Below, in pieces: positions 1-7,535 of a stretch of DNA of 14,094 nucleotides. This stretch comes from Planctomycetota bacterium (lineage in GTDB: Bacteria > Planctomycetota > UBA8108 > UBA1146), in contig JAYZBV010000106.1 of assembly GCA_036338595.1 (NCBI GenBank), positions 1 to 14,094 of the forward strand. Direction: 5' to 3'. The translations under genes were made by a program, and so were the position numbers. Each line of letters begins with the position of its first letter. The stretch's first letter is position 1. The notes beneath the pieces were generated by a model. That model had not been told where the DNA came from. It searched no databases and was given only the letters and a program-made list of their open reading frames with translations.

Positions 1-2136
1 ATCCAGAACCACCCAGGGAAGGTGTTGTTTTGCATGGATACTCGGTACCAGCAGTTGCGCTTCCAGGTTCTCGTTGAGGCGCCAGCCGGTCGTGGCATAG
101 AAGCAACTGACGGCACCGGTGACGGTCAACGCCAGCAGCAAACCGCGCCCGAAGGAGATCGAAGTCACCGGCGAATCGTGCGGGAAGCGTAATTTACCGA
201 CCAGGTTCAGGGCCAGCGCCGCCAGCGTCAGACCCCAGATCGCCATGATCACCTCGCGGTTGACCAGTTCACCAAACTGCCAGTAGGTCGCCACGGCGCT
301 GAAGAACTTCCACGCCGCCAGTAACTCGATGAAGCCGAGGATCACCTTGACCGTCGACAACCAGCCGCCGGAACGGGGCAGGCCGGTCAGCGCCTTGGGA
401 AACAGCGCCAGCAGCACGAACGGCACCGCCAGTGTCGTGCTGAAGGCGAGCATTCCGACCGCCGCATAACCTGGCCCCTCACCCGCTGCCAGCGCCAGCA
501 GGAAGGCGACGATCGGCCCGACGCAGGTGAAGGTGGTGACACTGAAGACCAGTCCCATCACCAGCACGCTGGCGGCACCGCCACTACCACCACTTCCGCC
601 GACGCTGTTTCGAATCCATGCGGGCAACTGGATATCGTAATAGCCAAACAAACTGAAGCCGAAGACGACAAAGAGAACTCCGATGGCCAGGTTCACATAG
701 CCGTTGGTGGCCATGAAATTGGCACCCTCTTCACCGAGCAGTGCAGATAGCAGGAAGCCCAGCGCCGTGAAGGAAACCACGATGCCAGCACCGAAGAGCG
801 CCGCCAGCCACAGCACACGGGAACGACTCTCGTGCGCTTGCTTGGTGAAGACGCTGACGGTGATGGGGATCATCGGATAGACACACGGCGTCAACAGTGC
901 GACCAGCGCACCACCGAAGGAGAGCAGGATGATCCCGAGCAATCCCGCCTGCTCCGCTGCCCCGCGGGTGTCCTTGCGGATGGCGGGAATGCGCAGCGAC
1001 TCATCGACGGAGCCCTCCAGTCTGAACTCGATCTCATCGCCGGGGTGGACCTTGCGCTGGCTGAATCCTGCCGAGATTCGGACCTCGCCATCGTCCACCT
1101 CGATACGAAGCGGATCAGCTGGAGGCGTGCCCAGATCACCGTCACCGATGACATCGGTCTGCACGCCACTTTTGCTGCGCAATGGGATCGCCAGTGTCAC
1201 CTTCTCGGCAGGCAGGCAGATCCGTGCATCACACACCATGTATGCGACGGTGACCTGGATGTGATCGATGTCGTCAGGGATCGGCGACGGCACCGTCAGT
1301 GGCAGGCGGAAGATCGCCTTCCTCTCGTGCTCGACGATGTAACCGCCAGCAAGAGGGTCATCTCTGGAACGTGCCGGCGTCACTTCAATCGGATCTCCCG
1401 GTCGAAACGGGTGTTCGTCGGGGACTTCGAAGGTGGTCGGATCCCCTAGCAGCGGATCGAGGTCGATGCCGTAGATATGCCAGCCTCGTTCGATGGATGC
1501 CTCGATCTGGATCTCGATGGTGCTTCCCGCCTCGAAGCCCGCGATTCCGGTTCCCTTCCACGACACTGGAGAGGCGGCCGCCTGAGCCTCCACCGTCAAC
1601 GAGGTGTTTGGCTCCCTCACTTCTGAGGCAACGCTGGATCCGACGGTCACCGTCGTCTCGACGGAAACGACGGTGGGTTGGAGGCACTGCTTGGCATCAC
1701 AGGCCTGATAGGCGATGTCGATCAGGACCTTACGAGCACCTGGCTCTGCATCCTCGGGCACCCGAAGTGGCACCTGGAACTGGACCGTCCCCGCGTGCTC
1801 GACGATATAACCACCGACCATCTCGTCTTCTCGGCCGTGGGGTTCTGGCTCTCTGATCTGTTCGTGTGACTCCAGGTCTCCGGCTCCGACCACCACCATC
1901 GATGTGGGGACACCGAGATCGGGATCCTGGTCGAAGCCATAGATGTGCCATCCTCGCTCTATCTTGGCCGTCAGCGTGATCACCACATCGGATCCTGGCA
2001 CCGCCTGCTCGACAGCGCTGGCAGAAAACTCCACGGGGCTGTCATCATCAAAATCAAACCCATCGAGTTCAAAGGGATCCTGCGCCGACAGAAGGGGCGA
2101 CAGCAACAGGCACAAGAGGAGTGCTGAACTCCTCAT
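1..2136 (-). CDS. dsbD: DsbD-family thiol:disulfide interchange protein (signal peptide, two tandem DsbD-alpha domains, transmembrane beta domain); 3' end beyond the left edge
   Basis: Translated by hand; it is absent from the ORF track because it has no stop in the window. ATG at 2136 gives MRSSALLLCLLLSPLLSAQ (signal-peptide-like). There are two IERGWHIYG...CDAxxC domains, then the membrane-domain motifs ALLTPCVYPMIPITVSVF (~850-900) and TFTCVGPI (~510-535) and many hydrophobic segments. All checked motifs share one frame down to base 1 (...HLPWVVLD). The C-terminal thioredoxin domain is not visible in the window. Confidence 0.9.
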   Translation of the reverse strand, partial: MRSSALLLCLLLSPLLSAQDPFELDGFDFDDDSPVEFSASAVEQAVPGSDVVITLTAKIERGWHIYGFDQDPDLGVPTSMVVVGAGDLESHEQIREPEPHGREDEMVGGYIVEHAGTVQFQVPLRVPEDAEPGARKVLIDIAYQACDAKQCLQPTVVSVETTVTVGSSVASEVREPNTSLTVEAQAAASPVSWKGTGIAGFEAGSTIEIQIEASIERGWHIYGIDLDPLLGDPTTFEVPDEHPFRPGDPIEVTPARSRDDPLAGGYIVEHERKAIFRLPLTVPSPIPDDIDHIQVTVAYMVCDARICLPAEKVTLAIPLRSKSGVQTDVIGDGDLGTPPADPLRIEVDDGEVRISAGFSQRKVHPGDEIEFRLEGSVDESLRIPAIRKDTRGAAEQAGLLGIILLSFGGALVALLTPCVYPMIPITVSVFTKQAHESRSRVLWLAALFGAGIVVSFTALGFLLSALLGEEGANFMATNGYVNLAIGVLFVVFGFSLFGYYDIQLPAWIRNSVGGSGGSGGAASVLVMGLVFSVTTFTCVGPIVAFLLALAAGEGPGYAAVGMLAFSTTLAVPFVLLALFPKALTGLPRSGGWLSTVKVILGFIELLAAWKFFSAVATYWQFGELVNREVIMAIWGLTLAALALNLVGKLRFPHDSPVTSISFGRGLLLALTVTGAVSCFYATTGWRLNENLEAQLLVPSIHAKQHLPWVVLD

Positions 2137-2411
2137 CCAGAGTTCTCCGACAGCCCGACCGCCTCGAGGATTTCATCGGCCGGGAACTCGCCGCCACCGG
2201 GCGAATAGGCCCGAACCCAGCGATCTCCGACGACCAGGAATGGGATGCCACGCTTGCCTGTTTTCTGCTCCAGCAGCTCGGCCGCCTGCGGATCCTCGGA
2301 GATATCGACCTTGTCGTAGGCGACATCATGCTCGTCGAGGAAACGAGCGGCACGGGTGCAGTCTGGACACCAGGTGGCGCCATAGAGCAGTATCGGGGGG
2401 TTCTGGGACAA
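2133..2411 (-). CDS. Glutaredoxin/NrdH/mycoredoxin-like redoxin (~92 aa, WCPDC active site)
   Basis: Contains LYGATWCPDC...YDKVDI...TGKRGIPFLVVG, typical of the glutaredoxin-like fold including the cis-Pro motif. Start moved to TTG at 2411 because AGGAGG lies 5 nt upstream (track start is 2495). The stop overlaps the dsbD start (ATGA). Confidence 0.85.
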   Translation of the reverse strand: MSQNPPILLYGATWCPDCTRAARFLDEHDVAYDKVDISEDPQAAELLEQKTGKRGIPFLVVGDRWVRAYSPGGGEFPADEILEAVGLSENSG

Positions 2412-2440
2412 TCTAACCTCCTGGGAGTGCTTCCGGCGGG

Positions 2441-2449
2441 ATCTTATCA
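2441..2449 (-). promoter_or_regulatory. Possible extended -10 element for the redoxin-dsbD unit
   Basis: Minus strand reads TGATAAGAT (TGn + TAAGAT) shortly upstream of the AGGAGG RBS. No good -35 was seen. Confidence 0.3.
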
Positions 2450-2574
2450 CGGCTGATTCACGCCCGCGACACGGCTTGCTTGGATGACACGACACCTGAC
2501 GGATATCCTACGCACTGGCACTCGGGATCGTTCCCGCACCAGACACCCCGGATGGAGCAAGAGGACAGATCGCC

Positions 2575-3414
2575 TTGAGCAGTTATCGAACGAAATTTTC
2601 ACTGGCAGAGCGATCCTTCGACGCCCCTCTCTGGGTGCTGGGTCCCGATGTCATCGAGGATGAAGGGTTCACCCTCGAGGTGGCACACACCATCGCGAGC
2701 CTGGCCAAGGCCAGAAACCTGTCGGTGATCTTCAAGGCCAGTTACGAGAAGGCAAATCGCTCCAGTGCGTCCTCGTTTCGGGGCCCCGGGATCGATCGAG
2801 GACTCGAGGTGCTGGCCAGGGTCCGCGAGGAAACAGGACTAGCACTGACCACGGATGTACACACCGAAGAGCAGGCCCGCGCGGCGGCTGAGGTGGTCGA
2901 TGTGATCCAGATCCCGGCTTTCCTTTGCCGCCAAAACTCGCTGCTCGAGACCGCCGCAGGCAGCCAGAAGGTGGTCAACCTGAAGAAGGGCCAGTTCCTG
3001 TCGCCATGGGATGTGGCGGCCCGCGTCAAGGTCTTGCAGGACGCAGGAGCAGCCGATGTCTGGGTCACGGAACGCGGCTCTTCCTTCGGCTACCACCGCC
3101 TCGTCAATGACTTCCGTGCGATTCCTCAGACGCAGCAGACCGGTGCCGCGCTGATCTTCGATGCCACCCATAGCGTCCAGACCCCCGGTGGTCCCGAGGG
3201 TGTGTCCGGAGGTGAGCGACACTTCATTCCGGTGCTCGCCAGAGCAGCCGCAGCAGCGGGCGCCGATGGCTTCTTTCTGGAAGTTCACCCCGATCCGGAT
3301 CAGGCCCTCTGCGATGGACCCAACGCACTACCGTTGAATCAACTCGAGCGATTTCTCGATCACATCATTCCCATCACTCGCTGCGTACGAGAACTCCCGG
3401 AGTTAGAACTCTGA
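2575..3414 (+). CDS. kdsA: 3-deoxy-8-phosphooctulonate (KDO8P) synthase
   Basis: Motifs KASYEKANRSS..SFRGPG, TDVH, QIPAFLCRQ, NLKKGQFLSP, ERGSSFGY, DATHSVQ and FLEVHPDP..ALCDGP. 279 aa with a TTG start and purine-rich upstream sequence. Confidence 0.96.
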   Translation: MSSYRTKFSLAERSFDAPLWVLGPDVIEDEGFTLEVAHTIASLAKARNLSVIFKASYEKANRSSASSFRGPGIDRGLEVLARVREETGLALTTDVHTEEQARAAAEVVDVIQIPAFLCRQNSLLETAAGSQKVVNLKKGQFLSPWDVAARVKVLQDAGAADVWVTERGSSFGYHRLVNDFRAIPQTQQTGAALIFDATHSVQTPGGPEGVSGGERHFIPVLARAAAAAGADGFFLEVHPDPDQALCDGPNALPLNQLERFLDHIIPITRCVRELPELEL

Positions 3415-3515
3415 GGTCCACCACGCTGCAGCTCATCGATGCTCACGGGAAGTACTTCGTGCTCGACAACTGGATGCCACTTCGAGGGTCTCTTCTGTGA
3501 ATTCGAGGTAGCCCG

Positions 3516-3806
3516 ATGGACGGAATCTCCTGCGATCGATGCGGCAAGGGTCTACTCCTGGATGAAGATGTGCGATACCTGGTCCATATCGTCGTACAGG
3601 CTGCGTATGACCCCATGGAAATCTCGAGGGAAGATCTGAAGAGGTCAAATCGCGACGAGTGGAGCGCTCTGATCAAGAAGCTCGAAACTCTCACCGAAAA
3701 GGAGGCGCAGGATCAGGTTCACCGTGAGTTCCGATTTGACCTGTGCCCACCCTGTCAGCGGGTGTACCTGGAGACTCCCTTGCCCGGTCTTTCCAGCGAA
3801 GGATAG
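3516..3806 (+). CDS. Small hypothetical putative Zn-binding protein (CxxC ... CxxC), 96 aa
   Basis: SCDRCG at the N-terminus and FDLCPPC near the C-terminus flank an acidic helical middle. GAGG RBS lies upstream of the ATG. From memory it resembles conserved hypothetical proteins of Planctomycetota (not searched). Confidence 0.75.
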   Translation: MDGISCDRCGKGLLLDEDVRYLVHIVVQAAYDPMEISREDLKRSNRDEWSALIKKLETLTEKEAQDQVHREFRFDLCPPCQRVYLETPLPGLSSEG

Positions 3807-4831
3807 TCCTGTTCCAGCACACTCGGATCAGGCACATCGACGTGGATCTGCCCGACCACCCGACCCGCAACATTTCGGACGATCCGAGGTTGATCCTCTA
3901 CCCATCGCTCGAGCGTATCGTCATCGATCCAGTGCATCCTGTGGAGCAGCAGTGGCACGGCATGAATCAGCCCCCTGTCCGCTCCGTCGACGGACTTGGT
4001 GATCAGTGCCCCTTGCGGACCCCAGACAGCCATGACCCCCTCCGCACCCTCCTTGGCGCGGAATTGACCGGTCAGAAAAGGACTCCATCGCAAGGGGATT
4101 CGACCCTCGCCACTGAATGCTCGCGGATGCGTATCGATGGCATCGTGCATCCGTGCCACACGCTCTTCGAGTCCACAGCGCTTCAGGAACTGATCGTCAT
4201 GTAGCCGTTGGAAGGCACGGGCGATGGATGCCAACGGCATGAAAAAGGTCGGTGCACCGCATCCATCGACTCCGAAACTGGCTGGCTCGAGAACTTCATC
4301 GGTGAACAGTTCGACCATCGCCCGGATCGATCGCTGGAGTGGATGGCTCGGATCGAGATACCCTTCGACCGGATATCCCCGGGCCACACATGCCAGCAAC
4401 ATCCCCGAGTGTTTGCCGGAACAGTTGCTGCAGGTGACATCGGGCAATTCACCGCTGGCGACGATTCTGGCCCTCTCGCTGCGAGAAAAGGGCGCATGGA
4501 TGCCACAATCGAGGTGTGACTCGGAGAGCCCTCCCCTCGCCAGCAGCGCTCGCACCAGATCGCGGTGGATCGGCTCTCCAGCATGACTGGAGCAGATCAC
4601 GGCCAGTTCCTCTGAACTCAGCGAAAAGCTCTCGGCGATCCCGGCTCTGAGCACCGCCAGCGCCTGAAGTGGTTTCGCCACGGAACGCAGAAATGTACCG
4701 GGATCGGTGCTTCCAAAGAGCAGCCTGGGCCCCTCATTGGGAGCGGCGATGGCGATCGCCTCGTGAGTGGACTCGCCGTGAGATCCCCTGCCGATGACGG
4801 TCTTCAGGTTGTCGATGTTCAACCCGCTCAA
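3755..4831 (-). CDS. L-asparaginase II (Rhizobium etli-type, class 3) family protein
   Basis: Family motifs RSVAKP (Ser-Lys), SSHAGE, NCSGKH, DGCG and AKEGAEG. GGAG RBS lies 6 nt upstream of the TTG start. Confidence 0.9.
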   Translation of the reverse strand: MSGLNIDNLKTVIGRGSHGESTHEAIAIAAPNEGPRLLFGSTDPGTFLRSVAKPLQALAVLRAGIAESFSLSSEELAVICSSHAGEPIHRDLVRALLARGGLSESHLDCGIHAPFSRSERARIVASGELPDVTCSNCSGKHSGMLLACVARGYPVEGYLDPSHPLQRSIRAMVELFTDEVLEPASFGVDGCGAPTFFMPLASIARAFQRLHDDQFLKRCGLEERVARMHDAIDTHPRAFSGEGRIPLRWSPFLTGQFRAKEGAEGVMAVWGPQGALITKSVDGADRGLIHAVPLLLHRMHWIDDDTLERWVEDQPRIVRNVAGRVVGQIHVDVPDPSVLEQDYPSLERPGKGVSRYTR

Positions 4832-4855
4832 GGCAGTCTCCGGTCCAGCAGGGTT

Positions 4856-7366
4856 CTATCCCCTGCCGTCGGCCTCTTCCGGGGGAGCAGGCAGGGGCGG
4901 GGTGGGAGATCTGTCCTGATCTCCACTGTCAGCTCGTGCCTCGAGCCGATCGAGGCGTTCTCTTACATCGTTGCGTGTAGAGAGCCCTTCCGCCAGCGTT
5001 CTCATCGAACGAACCAGTACCGGATCACTTTCGAGGGGAGGCCTCGATTCGAGGTGCTGAAGCAGCCAATCCCATGGATCCGGGGCAAATAGACGCGCTG
5101 CGGGGGGCGGACCTGCGGAAAATCGTGCGATGTCCTCGAGGTAGGCGGAGAAGGCATCGGAGATCTCCGCTGGATCGGTAGCGATCAGCGCCGCCTCCAC
5201 CGCCTGGCGCCCACCGATCTCGGCAGCGACTCCTCGAATCTGGCGCGTCACCACATCGAGTGCCTCGGGCAGCGGATCCTCCCCGAACAAAGCGATGGTG
5301 GCCTTCACCTCGTCGAGAAGCATGCCCCATCCCTGCTGTGCCTCGGCTGAATCATCGGCGAGCAATCCCGTGATCCAGACCTGAAACCGGACTCTCTGCA
5401 GGCCCAGCCACTGCTCGAAGCGACCGGGGCTGCGCGTCCGTAGGTCTGTGGGTTGCGATTTGGCCTCGATCAACACCACCACAGCCTCGCTCACGATCAA
5501 CTCATCGAACCAGGGACGGTGCTGTTCCTCTTCATCGAGTAGCAGCTTTCGCAGGAAGCCAAGGGAGGGATCGGTGGGAATCAGTGCCATCGCCTCGGCG
5601 ATGGCGCTCTCGTACAAACCGTCTGACCGGGGAAGTTTTGTGAGGATCTCGATGAATCCATCGAGTGCTCGAACTCCTCCGATGGAGCCGATCATCGTGA
5701 GCGAAGCATGTCGTTCCATCTCGGACCCGCCATCGGTTCCCAGGACCAGGGTCATCAGCAGTGGAATCGCCCCCTCGACACCCAGGCGACCGATTCCGTT
5801 GATGGCCAGCGCACGGATATTGGCATCCGTGGATCCATCGAGCAGATCTCCGTAATAGGCCAGCACCAGCGGAACTCCATCGGGAGGGATCTCGCCATAG
5901 ACCAGGGCTTCGAGCACTGCCTCCTGAAGTTCAGGAACGGATCCTGCGATGGACTCGAGCAACTCGACCGTCCGAACCGTGGCTCCAACGGCACGAGATG
6001 CAGCGATCAATCGTTTCAACTCGGCTAAATCCGCCTGCTCACCCAGAGCCGGCAGAAACCGTTCGATGGCATCGTTGACCGCTTCGGATACCGGAGACCG
6101 CAATGCGATCGCCATCTTCAGCGACTCCCTGGCAATTCTACGGGCTCCGTTGGAAAGTCCCGGCTCCAGTGTTGAGATCCTCTGCTTGAGCAACTTCGTC
6201 ACCTCGGGGTCATCGCTGAATGGATCCATCTGGGACAGTGCAGTGATCGCTCCGACTGCCAGTTCCATCCGTTGAGCCGTCGTCACGAGGGACTCTGGAT
6301 CATCCAGTGCACCGACCATCTCGAGGCACCGATCCCGCAATGGAGCCAGCAATCCTTGCTGCTCCTCGATGGTGAGACCGACTCCCTCTGCCTGGATCTC
6401 GAGCGCAAAGCGACCTCCCTCGGCGAGAGCGGCGGTACGGATGCCAAAGGGTTCAGGATCACGAAGGGAGTCGAGCAACCAGGCCCGGTAGCGGGCCGGG
6501 GCAATCTCTCGCAGCAGTCGATTGGCACGCTCCCAGGTACGAAGTTGCAGGGCGATCGCCATCGCCTGCTTGCGGTCGAGGATGCCCTTGAAGAGCGCCC
6601 GATTGCGATTCTCCTGCCACCAGTGAATCCACCCGGAACGATCGAGGTCCAGTTCCAGGAACCCCGCCAGTGCAGCAATCAGTGCTTCATGTGAAGGATC
6701 CTGCTCCGACTCGAGGCGACCGATCACCACATCGACGGTGCCTTGTGGATCCCTCACCGCAAGGATCGGCAGCAATCGAGCGATCAGTAGCGGATCCTTC
6801 TCTGCCGAGAGATCTGTCAGCAATCGCTCCCGAACCTCTGCATCGGCAGACAAACTTCGGAAGTTGCTCTCGACCTCATCGAGGAAGGGCCAGGTCGCAT
6901 CCTGCCGGAGGAGCACCAGCATTACCGGGATCCCGGTCGCACTGCTGCGCATCACTCGGTCTTGCAGGATGATGCGTGTTCTCTCCGGGTGTTCCCTCGA
7001 TCGATCGGTCAGCAGATCGAGCAATAACGGTGCGCTCCAGGGGGGCGATTCACCAGAATCCAGGCGAGCCCCGAGCAAGGTCAGCGCCCGTACCCAGTCA
7101 GCAGACTCGACGGAGTCGATGTAGCGCACCACGTCTTGACGCAACTGTTCATCCGGATGCGGAGGAGTGGCATCGGGTGCTGGATCCTGAGAGGTCTCGA
7201 GCGGCGAGGTCTCTATGGGCGATGTCTCAAGCGGCGGGGCGATGGAGGCTTCAAGATCCTCGGGCGCACCTACCGGTTGCTGGGCGGCAACCGTGGGAGA
7301 CAGGAACTGAACCGTCACTGTCAGGGTGCAGATCAACAAGCCCAGACGAAGCAGCGACTTCGCCAT
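4856..7366 (-). CDS. Large exported alpha-helical / HEAT-like repeat hypothetical protein (~836 aa)
   Basis: Long ORF. MAKSLLRLGLLICTLTVTVQFLSPTVAAQQ looks like a signal peptide, followed by a Pro/Ser/Thr linker. HEAT-like segments include IRALAINGIGRLGVEGAIPLLMTL and ERHASLTMIGSIG, and there is a WIHWWQEN motif. The alternative start at 7459 is possible. Confidence 0.75.
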   Translation of the reverse strand: MAKSLLRLGLLICTLTVTVQFLSPTVAAQQPVGAPEDLEASIAPPLETSPIETSPLETSQDPAPDATPPHPDEQLRQDVVRYIDSVESADWVRALTLLGARLDSGESPPWSAPLLLDLLTDRSREHPERTRIILQDRVMRSSATGIPVMLVLLRQDATWPFLDEVESNFRSLSADAEVRERLLTDLSAEKDPLLIARLLPILAVRDPQGTVDVVIGRLESEQDPSHEALIAALAGFLELDLDRSGWIHWWQENRNRALFKGILDRKQAMAIALQLRTWERANRLLREIAPARYRAWLLDSLRDPEPFGIRTAALAEGGRFALEIQAEGVGLTIEEQQGLLAPLRDRCLEMVGALDDPESLVTTAQRMELAVGAITALSQMDPFSDDPEVTKLLKQRISTLEPGLSNGARRIARESLKMAIALRSPVSEAVNDAIERFLPALGEQADLAELKRLIAASRAVGATVRTVELLESIAGSVPELQEAVLEALVYGEIPPDGVPLVLAYYGDLLDGSTDANIRALAINGIGRLGVEGAIPLLMTLVLGTDGGSEMERHASLTMIGSIGGVRALDGFIEILTKLPRSDGLYESAIAEAMALIPTDPSLGFLRKLLLDEEEQHRPWFDELIVSEAVVVLIEAKSQPTDLRTRSPGRFEQWLGLQRVRFQVWITGLLADDSAEAQQGWGMLLDEVKATIALFGEDPLPEALDVVTRQIRGVAAEIGGRQAVEAALIATDPAEISDAFSAYLEDIARFSAGPPPAARLFAPDPWDWLLQHLESRPPLESDPVLVRSMRTLAEGLSTRNDVRERLDRLEARADSGDQDRSPTPPLPAPPEEADGRG
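7191..7235. repeat. 3 x 15-bp degenerate tandem repeat encoding PLETS/PIETS/PLETS
   Basis: gaggtctcgagcggc / gaggtctctatgggc / gatgtctcaagcggc in the N-terminal linker of the HEAT-like protein. Confidence 0.8.
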
Positions 7367-7535
7367 GGATGGGTAAGACCGTCCACCGATGCTGTCAGGG
7401 TCCCGGTTGGATCTCATGACCATACAACGGCACCTGTCCAGAACTGGCTGTCCCCTCATTGCCCTCTTCCCCGACCATCATCTGTCGACCGATCCGCCTC
7501 AACTCTGCAGTGTACTATCGCCGGCAAGTTTCTCG

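Noticed and set aside
832..2456. Several + strand ORFs (832-1449, 1299-1856, 1943-2416, 2121-2456 and others)
   Set aside because: They are antisense shadows of dsbD and the redoxin gene, with no recognisable motifs.
3444..3461. Palindrome GAAGTACTTC (3449-3458) with imperfect flanks between kdsA and the Zn-protein gene
   Set aside because: It is short, single-copy and lacks a U-tract, so it cannot be distinguished from chance.
4752..6559. Three GCGATCGC (HIP1) octamers at 4752, 6105 and 6552
   Set aside because: All fall in Ala-Ile-Ala codons and are too few to call a HIP1 system.
7367..7535. Searched for a tRNA (tRNA-Gln often lies near ispE/spoVG) or a terminator
   Set aside because: No cloverleaf or T-loop GTTCRA pattern in context and no hairpin with a U-tract were seen.
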